DNA from: Candidatus Borrarchaeum weybense
GTDB taxonomy: Archaea; Asgardarchaeota; Sifarchaeia; Borrarchaeales; Borrarchaeaceae
Assembly: GCA_019057385.1 (NCBI GenBank)
Contig: JAHQJS010000004.1
Location: forward strand, 980,727 to 1,044,726
Length of the DNA: 64,000 nucleotides
Reading direction: 5' to 3'
Part shown: piece by piece, positions 1-10,559 of the stretch
Layout of the letters: every line of letters starts with the position of its first letter
Numbering within the stretch: the first letter of the stretch is position 1
Translations under genes and position numbers: made by a program
Notes under the pieces: model-generated
The model's input: the letters and a program-made list of their open reading frames with translations, nothing else
Told to the model about the DNA's origin: nothing
Databases searched by the model: none

Positions 1-119
1 AGAAATATATATTTCTTTGCGTATGTCTTGTATTTGTACAACAGTTAAACACAATTTTCAATATGTAACTATACAATTAGTTGGATTTTTACCTGATTTC
101 TCTATGAAGTGGTGAATAA

Positions 120-1256
120 ATGATGATTGAAAAAACTGCACGGAGAGCATTAGACACTCTTGAACCATACGAGATTGAGATAAGCGACTTAGATGTTGTC
201 AAACAATTCGCTCATGGACTAAAACCATCAGATGTGTTAAAATTTAATCTTAATACTAATCCATACCTTCCAACTCCTGTTCTTGAAGCATTCGCTCAAC
301 AAATTACAGCACTTGACGTAAATGAATACCCCGATGCAACTTACATTTCTGTAAGAGAAGGTCTTACAAAATATCTTACCAGGTTTGGCGCGAAAGTTAA
401 TGCTGAAAATATTATGATCACAAATGGTGCGGACGAAGCTCTAGATCATGTTACAAAATGTTTCATTGATGAACATGCTATTTCAATTCTTCCGCAACCA
501 ACATACGCGATGTTTAAGGTACTTACAGAGATCATGGGAGGCAAAACTCTAGCTGTTCCTAGAAAAGAAGATTTTTCCATTGATGTTGATCTAATAAGGA
601 AAAATATTAGTACTAAGACCAAATTACTCTTCGTCTGTTCACCAAATAACCCTACGGGTAATACTACGTCTAATTCGGATATAGAGGAATTACTTAATAT
701 AGAAGATATTGTTGTCATGGTTGATGAAGCGTATGGGGAATTTGCTAAGGAAAGCGGTGAAGAAAGCGCTTTGAAATTCTTGAGCAAATATGATAACTTA
801 ATTGTGGTTAAAACATTCTCCAAGGCATTTGGAATAGCAGGCGTGCGGGTCGGGTATATAATTACCAACACCGAAATTATGAATCTTCTTAACAAAATAA
901 GATTTCCGAATTCTGTAGGAACAATTCCTGTAGCAATAGCAAATATAGCTCTGAATAACGTTGATTGGATGCTTTCTGTGGTAAAAAACCTCATCTCTGA
1001 ACGAAAAAGACTGGCACAAGAATTATCAGCATTTTCAGAGTTTCGTATCTTTCCTTCCTCAACAAATTTCTTACTCATTGAAGTTTCAAGCGATTGGAGT
1101 TCAGAGAACATAATGTTAGAGCTAATGAAACGCGGTATAGTAATAAGATCTTATCAAAATCCTTATATGAAAAATCACTTAAGAATAACGATCCGCTCAC
1201 CTGACCAGAATGACAAACTATTAGAAAATCTTAGCGAAATCATGCTTGAATCTTGA
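120..1256 (+). CDS. hisC: Histidinol-phosphate aminotransferase (class II PLP enzyme), copy 1
   Basis: Motifs LNTNP, YPD, NGADE, CSPNNPTG, DEAYGEF, KTFSKAFGIAGVRVGY. Confidence 0.88.
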   Translation: MMIEKTARRALDTLEPYEIEISDLDVVKQFAHGLKPSDVLKFNLNTNPYLPTPVLEAFAQQITALDVNEYPDATYISVREGLTKYLTRFGAKVNAENIMITNGADEALDHVTKCFIDEHAISILPQPTYAMFKVLTEIMGGKTLAVPRKEDFSIDVDLIRKNISTKTKLLFVCSPNNPTGNTTSNSDIEELLNIEDIVVMVDEAYGEFAKESGEESALKFLSKYDNLIVVKTFSKAFGIAGVRVGYIITNTEIMNLLNKIRFPNSVGTIPVAIANIALNNVDWMLSVVKNLISERKRLAQELSAFSEFRIFPSSTNFLLIEVSSDWSSENIMLELMKRGIVIRSYQNPYMKNHLRITIRSPDQNDKLLENLSEIMLES

Positions 1257-1433
1257 ACAACTTATGTTTTTGTAACCGATCAACGTATGACCTATTCTAT
1301 ATCAGATTTCAAAATAAATCATTAATTTCTATTTACGCTTTAAGGTCAATGTAGCTTGAATATGTTCGCAATCCAAAAAAAATTAAAAGAAAAACTGAAA
1401 AAAACAAAGAAAAGATACGCCGTATGATATCAC

Positions 1434-1619
1434 TTATTTACCTCTTCTAATAATCAGCCAGATTATCAAACCAATTATCCCTGTAATCAATACTATGATT
1501 AACCACAGTACACCGCTTTCACCCTTTGCTTCGGCATCTCTGTACACCCAGACTGCGATCAAAATTGCGATTATGAACCACACAATAAGTGGTATATACC
1601 ACAATAACCCATATTGCAT
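1434..1619 (-). CDS. Small two-TM membrane protein (PLDc N-terminal-like), paralogue 1
   Basis: WVYRDAEAKGESGVLWLIIVLITGIIGLIIW; near-identical to 1841..2038. Confidence 0.75.
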   Translation of the reverse strand: MQYGLLWYIPLIVWFIIAILIAVWVYRDAEAKGESGVLWLIIVLITGIIGLIIWLIIRRGK

Positions 1620-1840
1620 TTTATTTTACCTTCCTTTTTGTTATTTGTACTAAGTAAAAAATTTCAATACTTCTATATAAGGTTTGTTTACGTCTCTGAT
1701 CAAGCCTTGTTTACGGTTCTGATAATCGTACTAATTACCAAAAGATTTTTAAAGTGAGTTTGAAAAAAGGTGAAAAATATTATAGAAAAACTTTGCTTCT
1801 TTAATTTAAGTGTAGAAAAAATTGGAAAAAAGGAAGAAGT

Positions 1841-2038
1841 TTAAGATACTACCGGTTTATCTCTTCTAATAATCAGCCAGATTATCAAACCGATTATTCC
1901 TGCAATCAGTACAATAATTAACCATAGTACTCCGCTCTCTCCCCTGCTTTCTGCATCTTTGTACACCCAGACTGCGACCACAATTGCGATTACGATCCAT
2001 ATTATAATAGGTCCCAGAAATATTATCCAATTCTGCAT
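1841..2038 (-). CDS. Small two-TM membrane protein (PLDc N-terminal-like), paralogue 2
   Basis: WVYKDAESRGESGVLWLIIVLIAGIIGLIIW; tandem duplicate. Confidence 0.75.
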   Translation of the reverse strand: MQNWIIFLGPIIIWIVIAIVVAVWVYKDAESRGESGVLWLIIVLIAGIIGLIIWLIIRRDKPVVS

Positions 2039-2250
2039 TTTTTTTACCCTCTTTGTTTTATCCTACTCTATGTGAAAAATTTCTATACTTCTATATAAAG
2101 CTTGTTCTCACTATTTTCATCTTAGAACGCACTCTAGAAATCTATAAAGTCCTTCGTTTCATTATGGACACAAAAATCTTAAGAAGAAGACGAGCAAAAG
2201 ATAATCGAGATAAGATTCAAGAAAGAAAAGTGAAGTTTCTTAGAGAAGTT

Positions 2251-2718
2251 TTATAGCTTCAAAGAACCAAGCCATCCGCCAATAAGTGACCAGAGGATGG
2301 CGAGTGGGTAAACTATGAGAACAGTTGAGGTTAAAAGATAGTTAACGAAATCCTGTTGAAGCATTACCCCTAGAATGGCAAAGTCAAGCAGAAAATTAAG
2401 TATCATAATTATTAACCCTATCAGGAGAGAATCCGCAGCCCATACTGACATGGGTGTCCGGTAGACAGCTGCACGGACGATAAGAACCACAAGTATTGTA
2501 TTAATGACTCCTGTTATTAATACAGTAGTTAGATACAATTCGGGAGCATTTATAACAGCGTAACCAACAATTATGAAACCAATTATCCATGTAATGACAC
2601 CTAGGATCAAACCATAGACAATATCGTTTGTTATTTTGACCACCATTTTCACCACCATTAATACAGGTCTTATAATTTTCATTAATTTAAATCTAATCGA
2701 AAGATTTCTACTAGACAA
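2251..2718 (-). CDS. Hypothetical 4-TM membrane protein (true start probably downstream of 2718)
   Basis: Four hydrophobic segments. Confidence 0.6.
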   Translation of the reverse strand: MSSRNLSIRFKLMKIIRPVLMVVKMVVKITNDIVYGLILGVITWIIGFIIVGYAVINAPELYLTTVLITGVINTILVVLIVRAAVYRTPMSVWAADSLLIGLIIMILNFLLDFAILGVMLQQDFVNYLLTSTVLIVYPLAILWSLIGGWLGSLKL

Positions 2719-2759
2719 GGAAAGCCAAAGGAATAAATTTCTTTAATTAAGTAGAAATA

Positions 2760-3938
2760 TTAGGTGCTTTGAACCGAGTTAGGATTCTCAAAAAATTGTG
2801 CAAGTACTGCAGTTGACTCGTCACTCCACGCCATTCCGATGTGACTGTGATTTTCCAATACAACAAATGCTCTGGCTTCGGGAGCTTGCTCAAATTGATT
2901 ACGTGTTTCGTCGATATCAAATAATGCGTCCTTATCGCCGATGATAAGCATTACGGGGACATTATAATACATCCAGAACATTGTGGCGCTTGTGGCTGCC
3001 ATGCCATTGACCATAGTCCACGTCCATTGATTCACCCTAAGTGGGTCTTGCATAGCGGTATTGATAGTTTCGTTAGCAAACTTGTGATTGAAGCCTACAC
3101 AGTATACGTGAGTGTCGCCAGATATCGCCTTTTGGATGGCATAATCATGGACTAAAGCGTAGTTGTCATTAGTCTCTCGAATATGATTTGGGGCTTGATA
3201 ATGATTGTAAGGAGCAACAAGAGCAATAGAATCGACTACTTCTGCTAAGTCCTTTTCTAGAGTCTTATTAACGTATTCGACAAAATGTGAAATGCATCCG
3301 CCTCCAGAACTATGTCCTGCTAGGTGAAACGTAGCTTTTGGCCATTTCTTTTTTAAGTCCTCGAGATGAGTGTTAAGATCACGCGAAATCTGATCCGCGT
3401 CTAAACAATCACCAATCCTGCCGGGATAATAGTTCGAATCGTCAACAGGAATTCTTGGGGTAAATGCAGGGTCACTACAATCTGTAGCTGACTTGCAGAC
3501 AGAAAGGCCATGCCCCCTCGTGTCAATGATTCGAGTAAAAACTCCTCGTTTCGCCAAGCCGTATCCCACCAAGGCATAGCGTCCTGAATGAGAAGTTGAT
3601 CCAGGAACGTATATTACTATAGGACCATTGCCATTCCATCCTTCTGGAACGAACTCTCGGTATGCTAAATTCAACCCTTCTTCTCCCGTCATGAATTTCG
3701 GTTCAGGCCCAGAAGGAGTGCCTGACAAAATAATCTCAGTTTCCCAGTCTGTTAGAGTATACGGTGTTGGTGGGGCCTGCTCAATCATTTCTTCTAACGT
3801 ACGTGAACGTTGGTTAAATAATGTCATAGCAAAAGTCACTACAGCAATCATGTAGATTATCGTACAAATTATGATAAAAGTCATCTTTTTTTTACGGATA
3901 ATTGATTTAATAGAACTAATATTATTCATCAAACCCAT
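2760..3938 (-). CDS. Membrane-anchored alpha/beta hydrolase (lysophospholipase-like)
   Basis: N-terminal TM helix, DTRGHG, nucleophile elbow GHSSGG, GDKD, late His (HSH). Confidence 0.8.
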   Translation of the reverse strand: MGLMNNISSIKSIIRKKKMTFIIICTIIYMIAVVTFAMTLFNQRSRTLEEMIEQAPPTPYTLTDWETEIILSGTPSGPEPKFMTGEEGLNLAYREFVPEGWNGNGPIVIYVPGSTSHSGRYALVGYGLAKRGVFTRIIDTRGHGLSVCKSATDCSDPAFTPRIPVDDSNYYPGRIGDCLDADQISRDLNTHLEDLKKKWPKATFHLAGHSSGGGCISHFVEYVNKTLEKDLAEVVDSIALVAPYNHYQAPNHIRETNDNYALVHDYAIQKAISGDTHVYCVGFNHKFANETINTAMQDPLRVNQWTWTMVNGMAATSATMFWMYYNVPVMLIIGDKDALFDIDETRNQFEQAPEARAFVVLENHSHIGMAWSDESTAVLAQFFENPNSVQST

Positions 3939-4096
3939 CTGATTGTTTTATGGAGTTTACGTTATTGCACCCTCATTGTATTTATAATTTTACAATAATG
4001 TGGTTCTTGCTTATTTAAACTAATTAAAACACAAATAAATTGAATTATTTTGGTCCTATGCACTTGTACGGCTTTTTTCTAAATAAATGTAATGCA

Positions 4097-5341
4097 TTAT
4101 TCTTTTAAAACTGGTAATGTAAATGCACCTTCAGGCAGAACTAACACGGAATCACCTGGCTCAATGACTTTTCGAATTGCCTCTTTTGGTGAATCATGAT
4201 AAGCCATACGCCATGATTCAACTGTTTCTCTTTTCAGACCTTTCGAAACAATATGAATATCCGCCTTTTCTCTTGTGCGGTTTATGTCATCATAAGCAAC
4301 TAAAACTTCGATAAGATCACGTGCAGTTCCGCTAAGTAAAATTTCTTTTAGTTCCGCTTCACTGAGTGTCGAATAGTAAGCAAAATCTTCTCTTCCAACG
4401 CCCTCATAGCTTGGTGTAAACAGGATAATTTTTCCTCTTGGTCTGACAGCAACTCTTGCATTATCGAAACCTTTTGAACCCTGATAAAAATTAAGATCCA
4501 TTGGGAATGAAGTCGCAATTACAACATCGTATTCTTCTGGAATAGTTCTTTCATAAACAGTTTTGGCGATTTCTACTCCTGCATCAAAGGCCTTAATCGG
4601 GTCACCTGCGACCAAGCCTAGGGGTTCCAGTTTTTTACCAAGGATAGCATTGACGATATAATCCATGCTTGCTATTTTTGCAGCCTCGTTCATGTCTTCG
4701 CGAATTGGATTTCCTTTCGTAACTCCTAAAAACTTCACATTAGGAAGAGTCATCATCTGATGATTATGATTGATTGAACGTCTATTTGAGACACCTGGCA
4801 AGATTACTTTTGTTCCTCCTCCATATCCTGCCCAGGGATGCGGCGCTACATCGGCCAGACCAATTTTTATATCAGCTTCTAAGACCCTGTTGTTAATATT
4901 TACCTCAGTACCTCGTTTCGTTTTTCCTAAGATGGTTGTATTTGTATCGACTTCATGTTGATAAATTTGAAACCGATCATAATACTTTCCAATTAATGCA
5001 CGCATTTCCTTTTCATTCATCTGCGGGTGAGTTCCCAGAGCGAAGACAATACTTATATTCTTATCAGGAATAGGGACCTGAGATAATCGTGATATGACAA
5101 AATCTATAAGAAGTTCATTTGGAGTAGGTCGTGCCTTATCACAGGCTATAATCACGATTTGATCGCCTTTATCGACCAGTTCTTCTAATTTTTGTTGTCC
5201 CACAGGGTTCTCTAATATACTATCAACCTCTTGCTCGGAGAGTGGTTGTCTTATTCCTGCAGTTTCTAAAACATCAATTTTTGCCGTGTCTGGTAAGTCA
5301 AGCGTGAGTTTTTCTTTCCCATAAGGTAGATTGATCTTCAA
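4097..5341 (-). CDS. larA: Nickel-pincer-dependent lactate racemase family protein
   Basis: LPYG start, DKARPTP, ALGTH, PHPWAGYGGGTK, DLNFYQGSK. Confidence 0.82.
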   Translation of the reverse strand: MKINLPYGKEKLTLDLPDTAKIDVLETAGIRQPLSEQEVDSILENPVGQQKLEELVDKGDQIVIIACDKARPTPNELLIDFVISRLSQVPIPDKNISIVFALGTHPQMNEKEMRALIGKYYDRFQIYQHEVDTNTTILGKTKRGTEVNINNRVLEADIKIGLADVAPHPWAGYGGGTKVILPGVSNRRSINHNHQMMTLPNVKFLGVTKGNPIREDMNEAAKIASMDYIVNAILGKKLEPLGLVAGDPIKAFDAGVEIAKTVYERTIPEEYDVVIATSFPMDLNFYQGSKGFDNARVAVRPRGKIILFTPSYEGVGREDFAYYSTLSEAELKEILLSGTARDLIEVLVAYDDINRTREKADIHIVSKGLKRETVESWRMAYHDSPKEAIRKVIEPGDSVLVLPEGAFTLPVLKE

Positions 5342-5507
5342 GACTAATCCCCTTTAATGAAGTGTACATACCCTCTATAAAGTTTTTAGTAGGCAAATTT
5401 TGGAGTGACGAATGTGGTGTTCAGTTCAAAACATTAATAACTGCAACACATGAAGTCTTCAAAACTAACATTTGAGCAACGCAAATATTTAAGGAATGCA
5501 TTAGGGG

Positions 5508-6419
5508 TTGACTGAGATCTCAAACGTTTCAGGGATAGACCGGGTAACCTTCACGATGATGATGGCTGCTGTTTGGATCTATTCTCTAGGCTGGATTGTT
5601 ATCAAAATTGGGCTTAATGAACTCCCGCCCGTAAGTTTCGCTACCTTGAGATTTACGATAGCTACGTGTCTAATGATGGTATTTATTGGCGCGACAAGGC
5701 AATTTTCTGCTATAAAAACTTTTGAAAAAAGAGATTGGGGTATATTTCTTATCTTAGGCTTTGTGGGGGTATTCTTATGTTATGTGTTAACTTTTAGTGC
5801 TCTTACTCTCACAACTGCAACAGATGGAGGGGTATTAATAAATCTCGATGCCGTATTTATTGCAATCTTATCTATTCTCTTTTTGAATGAGAAATTTACT
5901 TTTTTTAAATCCGTTGGCTTCTTTGCCGCATTCTTGGGAGTGATCCTGATTTTAACACAGGGCGATTTGTTTTTCGGTGCTCTGACATCAGCTAGAATTC
6001 TAGGAAATTTCTTAATCATAGCTTCTGCTATATGCTGGGCCGTTTTCAGTGTAATTGGTAAAACGGTAACTGATAGATTCGAACCAGCCCTCGTAACAGG
6101 TTTAAGTTTTGCTATTGGTGCACCCATGCTTGCTGTGCTGAGTTTTTCAATAGAAGACGTAGGCTTGGTTTTAGCGGCATCAATGATTTCTTGGTCTTGC
6201 ATTCTTTATCTAGGCGTTGCAAACTCAATTGCAACCTTATTGTTTTTTACATGCTTGAAAAGAACTGAAGAGGCTTCCCGCGTTAGTGTTTTTTTCCTTC
6301 TCTTGCCAATCTTTGTGCCGATCCTTGCTTTTTTCATCATTGGAGAAATCATTACATATTTTACAGTCTTAGGCGCTATCCTAATAATATTGGGCGTCTA
6401 TTTTGTGGAACATCATTGA
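5508..6419 (+). CDS. EamA/DMT family transporter
   Basis: 10 TM segments in two EamA-like repeats; LRF, FLNEK, IIGE motifs. Confidence 0.85.
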   Translation: MTEISNVSGIDRVTFTMMMAAVWIYSLGWIVIKIGLNELPPVSFATLRFTIATCLMMVFIGATRQFSAIKTFEKRDWGIFLILGFVGVFLCYVLTFSALTLTTATDGGVLINLDAVFIAILSILFLNEKFTFFKSVGFFAAFLGVILILTQGDLFFGALTSARILGNFLIIASAICWAVFSVIGKTVTDRFEPALVTGLSFAIGAPMLAVLSFSIEDVGLVLAASMISWSCILYLGVANSIATLLFFTCLKRTEEASRVSVFFLLLPIFVPILAFFIIGEIITYFTVLGAILIILGVYFVEHH

Positions 6420-6593
6420 GTTTGAATATTGGTTTTTGCTATTTTTAAACAGACGATCCAAAGCTGTCATAGCATTTATTAAAGAGTGTGTCGGAATTTC
6501 TTATAACGAATATACACGGTCAATCCAAACATCTGGAACATGCTATAAACTGCAAAGTTTGGTTGATCGCCTTATTATGAGGAGGACAAATAC

Positions 6594-7202
6594 GTGAGTG
6601 AAATCAAAGTATTTCGCGCAGAAAAAGATGATTTAGTAGAATTATCAGATTTTGATGGGACTTTTACGAATGGAGACTGTTATCTTGTTGATACTGGTGA
6701 ACTTGGAAAAATCTATGTGTGGCTGGGCTCAGAGTGTTCAGTTGATGAGAAATTTCTGAGTAGTGTATCTTCTACAATGTTAGACCAAAGCCGTGGAGGA
6801 TTGCCAGACATAGATACAATCGAGGAAGGTTCAGAACCTCCAGAATTTCGAAATCTCTTCTCACGTTTCCGCGTAGTCGAGGGAGATATCCCAGGATTTC
6901 TGGAAGCGCCACCAGCTGAAACCTTTGTCAAGAAGATGTATCAAGTTGCTGGTGAAACATTTGGAGAAGTTGAAATGGCTCAAATTACTGTGAGTGATGA
7001 CAATCTTGATTCTGGCAATGTATACCTAATTGAGACACTAGAAACGATTTTTATTTGGATTGGCAAAGGAGCATCAGGAATGGAAAAATTCCGTGGAAAT
7101 GTTATGGCTAGAAAACTTAGAAGTAACCGAGGTGGTCGACCGAAGGTTCGCAGAATAGAAGAAGGACAAGAAACTGATGAATTTAGAAGTGTTTTTGATT
7201 AA
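6594..7202 (+). CDS. Two-domain gelsolin-like protein, paralogue 1
   Basis: Two gelsolin repeats: FTNGDCYLVD..IYVWLG..S.DE, EEGSEPPEF, LDSGNVYLIE..IFIWIG, IEEGQETDEF. Confidence 0.85.
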   Translation: MSEIKVFRAEKDDLVELSDFDGTFTNGDCYLVDTGELGKIYVWLGSECSVDEKFLSSVSSTMLDQSRGGLPDIDTIEEGSEPPEFRNLFSRFRVVEGDIPGFLEAPPAETFVKKMYQVAGETFGEVEMAQITVSDDNLDSGNVYLIETLETIFIWIGKGASGMEKFRGNVMARKLRSNRGGRPKVRRIEEGQETDEFRSVFD

Positions 7203-7254
7203 TACCTTTAGAGTAGTTAATTAACTCTTAATTAAGAAGGAGGAAACGAGTAAA

Positions 7255-7854
7255 ATGAAAGTGTTCCGTGTGGAAAAAGGAGAACTTGTAGAAATGCCCG
7301 AAGGTTTTAGCGAGTTTACAAGAGGCGATTCCTATTTAGTCGACGCGGGTTTAAAGATGTATTGCTGGATTGGAAGTGAATCAAGTGTCGATGAGAAATT
7401 CCTTACTTCAGTTAGTTCAGTCCTACTAGACCAAAGTCGTGGAGGAGAAGCTGATATCGATACCGTAGACGAAGGAGAAGAACCCCCAGAATTTCGAAGT
7501 CTCTTTGAGAATTTTATGGTAGTTGAAGGAGATCAGGCGGCATCCATATTAAAGAAACCTCCACCAACAACGTTCGCGAACAAGATGTACCGCATCGCCG
7601 GCGAGACATTTGAAGAAGTAGAATTGGCAAGAGTTCCTCTCACTAAGAATAATTTAGACTCTGGCAACTGCTATATCGTAGAAACGCTGGACACAATCTA
7701 CCTGTGGATCGGCAATGGAGCTTCTGCGAAAGAGAAGTTCAAAGCTAACATAGTGGCTAGGAAACTACGAAGTGATCGAGGAGGTCGACCTAGGGTTCTT
7801 AGAATCGAGGAAGGTGACAAAGTAACACAAGCTTTTGAAGAAGCCTTCGAATAA
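7255..7854 (+). CDS. Two-domain gelsolin-like protein, paralogue 2
   Basis: FTRGDSYLVD..YCWIG..SSVDE, DEGEEPPEF, LDSGNCYIVE..IYLWIG. Confidence 0.85.
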   Translation: MKVFRVEKGELVEMPEGFSEFTRGDSYLVDAGLKMYCWIGSESSVDEKFLTSVSSVLLDQSRGGEADIDTVDEGEEPPEFRSLFENFMVVEGDQAASILKKPPPTTFANKMYRIAGETFEEVELARVPLTKNNLDSGNCYIVETLDTIYLWIGNGASAKEKFKANIVARKLRSDRGGRPRVLRIEEGDKVTQAFEEAFE

Positions 7855-8005
7855 CAAGTCCTCTTTTTTTTATATTATTGTAATGAACTATACTATATCT
7901 GATGTATTCCTTTTTTTTCAGGTATTAGTTCTATTAAGGCCTATAAATAAATAAAACAAAAAAAACTTGATTAAAAAAAAAGAAATATATTATGAGATTA
8001 TCTGT

Positions 8006-9142
8006 CTAAGATTTTGGATTTGCTGTATCTAAGAATTTCTTAGCAACTTGAGGTAAATCAATTTTCTGCGATCGAAGTAAGTCTTGTAGTACTTGAATAA
8101 ACGGAATAACTGCGCCTGCGATGCTGCCAAATGCGCTATTTGAGTCACCTATTACGTACATCTTTTCAATTGGGAGTTTCTGGAAGATTCCAGGAATCGC
8201 TTCAATGAGTTTTAATTGAAATAGGCGTTCATCTGATTCTTTTAAAGCCATGATTTGTTGCAAAACACCCTCAGCTTCAGCAACCAGATCTTGTTTTATT
8301 TTTGCAGCGTCACCTTCAGCAATTAATTGAAGGCGATTTTTTTCTGCAGTAGCTTCAACCTCAATACGTTGTCGTTCAAGTTCTTGTACTTTCACTTCCC
8401 GCTGTTTAGCTTTAGATTGAATTTCGAGTTGAATTTCTTGCTCTGCTACTCCAGTTTTCTCAAGGACATCCAAATCTCGCATTCTTGTTATCTCACGCAT
8501 TTCAGCCTGCCGAAGCTTAGCTTTTTGTTCCTCTGCTGCTTTCTTCACAGCTTCCATATTTCCCTTCAGTTCAGGATCTAAAACTTCGACATCACGTATC
8601 TCTACGCTGTGGGCGGTCACACCCCAGTTTGCCATGAGGTCATGAAGTTCGCTAATCACAGCATCAATAATTTTGGATCGTTCTCTAATTATATCCTCAA
8701 GCGCCATATTTGCACACGTGGTCCTGATGATACTCTCAGCAGCATTTTTGATTACAGTTTCAACATAATCTCCTGAACGTTTATCCCAACTAACACTTGT
8801 AAAAGCTGCACTCGGTTCAGTTACTTGCCAAAAAACGAATCCTGTAACTCCAATGTTCTGATATTCTCTTGAAACTACTTTTTCTTTTGCCTCAAGCGAT
8901 GTCTGTTGGATCGTAGTCGGTATCACAATTACTTCGTCAATCAGCGGGAGTAAAAACAATCGTCCACCAAGCCCTGCTCTCTTCACTTTACCATTTCTTA
9001 GAAAAATTACAAATTCATTTGTCTTGAATTTGCGATATCTGGTTAGCAGGTATAGCAGAAAGAAGAAGAACAGAACAGTCACAGTCACAATCCAAACGCT
9101 GTATGGACCTAAAACTCCTAACTGAAGCATTTTATAGTTCAC
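8006..9142 (-). CDS. SPFH/band-7 (flotillin-like) protein
   Basis: N-terminal TM, SPFH core (ESIIRTTCANMALEDII, WGVTAHSVEIRDV), AEA-rich coiled coil. Confidence 0.85.
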   Translation of the reverse strand: MNYKMLQLGVLGPYSVWIVTVTVLFFFFLLYLLTRYRKFKTNEFVIFLRNGKVKRAGLGGRLFLLPLIDEVIVIPTTIQQTSLEAKEKVVSREYQNIGVTGFVFWQVTEPSAAFTSVSWDKRSGDYVETVIKNAAESIIRTTCANMALEDIIRERSKIIDAVISELHDLMANWGVTAHSVEIRDVEVLDPELKGNMEAVKKAAEEQKAKLRQAEMREITRMRDLDVLEKTGVAEQEIQLEIQSKAKQREVKVQELERQRIEVEATAEKNRLQLIAEGDAAKIKQDLVAEAEGVLQQIMALKESDERLFQLKLIEAIPGIFQKLPIEKMYVIGDSNSAFGSIAGAVIPFIQVLQDLLRSQKIDLPQVAKKFLDTANPKS

Positions 9143-9935
9143 TCTCCTTATTAATTCTTTTTACAAGGCAGGTGGTTCCTTCTGCGTCTAATATTTCAAC
9201 TATATCTCCTTTGTAGAATTCTTCGCCGGCTTCATATGATTTAGCGGGTAATAAGATTGACCCCATAGGGCCTTCTATAGTAACACGCACTGAGCCTCCT
9301 CGATACGTTGTCTGATGAACAATAGTGCCTTTTTTTCCCACAAGTTCTTTTGGATGAACAATGCTACCAAGTTCACTTTTTGCAATTCTTTTCCATAGCG
9401 CACGAACCGATGCTGAAAGAATTATCGGCGTTAAGAAGATTATTAGAGTTCTTAAAAATGAATCCATTTGGATTTGAAAGAGACTGATGCCCATCGCTCC
9501 AAAACTCAACATAAATGTTGATACAAGGAGAATTATCGGAGCACTATCACCACTTGCTTCAGTGTGTACATCTTCATGTCCCACTCCGTGTGAAAGGTCG
9601 TGATCTCCAACATCGTGCCCATCTATACTATGATCCCCAACGTCATGACTAATATCATGACTGACGTCGTGCCCATCTATGTCATGTCCATCTACACTAT
9701 GATCTCCGCCATGGTCAAAACTAACGCCGAGAAGAATGGCTGTCAGTACAAAGAGTATTATACCTGAAATGAAAAAACCGACCGATATATCTAATAGAAC
9801 TGCGTCAAAGCCGCTTATTTCCAGGAGGATTGCATTAAAGCCGTTTATTTCCAATAGGATTGTTCCCATACCCATACCCACCACTGCCAATGTATTTTTT
9901 AGAGAATAATCTACCCTGGTGCTAAAGACTAGCAC
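9132..9935 (-). CDS. NfeD-like membrane protein with His/Asp-rich loop and C-terminal OB fold
   Basis: TM helices, DH/GHD repeats, LVGKKG...G.VRV...GDIVEI; operonic with SPFH gene. Confidence 0.75.
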   Translation of the reverse strand: MLVFSTRVDYSLKNTLAVVGMGMGTILLEINGFNAILLEISGFDAVLLDISVGFFISGIILFVLTAILLGVSFDHGGDHSVDGHDIDGHDVSHDISHDVGDHSIDGHDVGDHDLSHGVGHEDVHTEASGDSAPIILLVSTFMLSFGAMGISLFQIQMDSFLRTLIIFLTPIILSASVRALWKRIAKSELGSIVHPKELVGKKGTIVHQTTYRGGSVRVTIEGPMGSILLPAKSYEAGEEFYKGDIVEILDAEGTTCLVKRINKESEL

Positions 9936-10559
9936 AATATCACCGGTAGAATCATTCTCAAAGAATATATGGACGTTTGACTTTATAAATCTTTATGTAT
10001 GCAAGTTCACCTAATTTCAAGCCCATATTTCAGGGCTGGACAGTTGTTCGATGATATTTTAGAAGACGAAAAAGGTTAATTGATAAATCAAGGAAATGAT
10101 AACAATGAAAATAAAGCATTAGAGAATTTTTTAATAAATAAAACTTAAAATATACTTATTTATTACTTGCTATACTTATCGATCAGTTGCTTTGGTTTAG
10201 TATAAGAGAACTAGTGATTTTTGGCAAATTCCAAAAGTATTAATCTATAAAATCACAACTGAATGGTCTTTTCTTTATGAGGAATACAAATATGCAAGTT
10301 TTTCACAAAAAATCCACTAATTTTAGAGATACAAATTTCTAATAGTTTTTGACATAAAAAAAATTTACATAATTAAACTTTTTTACTGTTATTATATTTG
10401 TATTATTCAAAAAAAAATTACATAGACCATTATTCTATTTTACAAATATCAATATATTTTTCTTTTTACGACACAAAAGTTATAAATAGTACATTGTTTC
10501 ACAAACAAACATTTCCAGTTGTTTATACTATAGTTAAAAAAAATTAGGAGAAAACAAAC

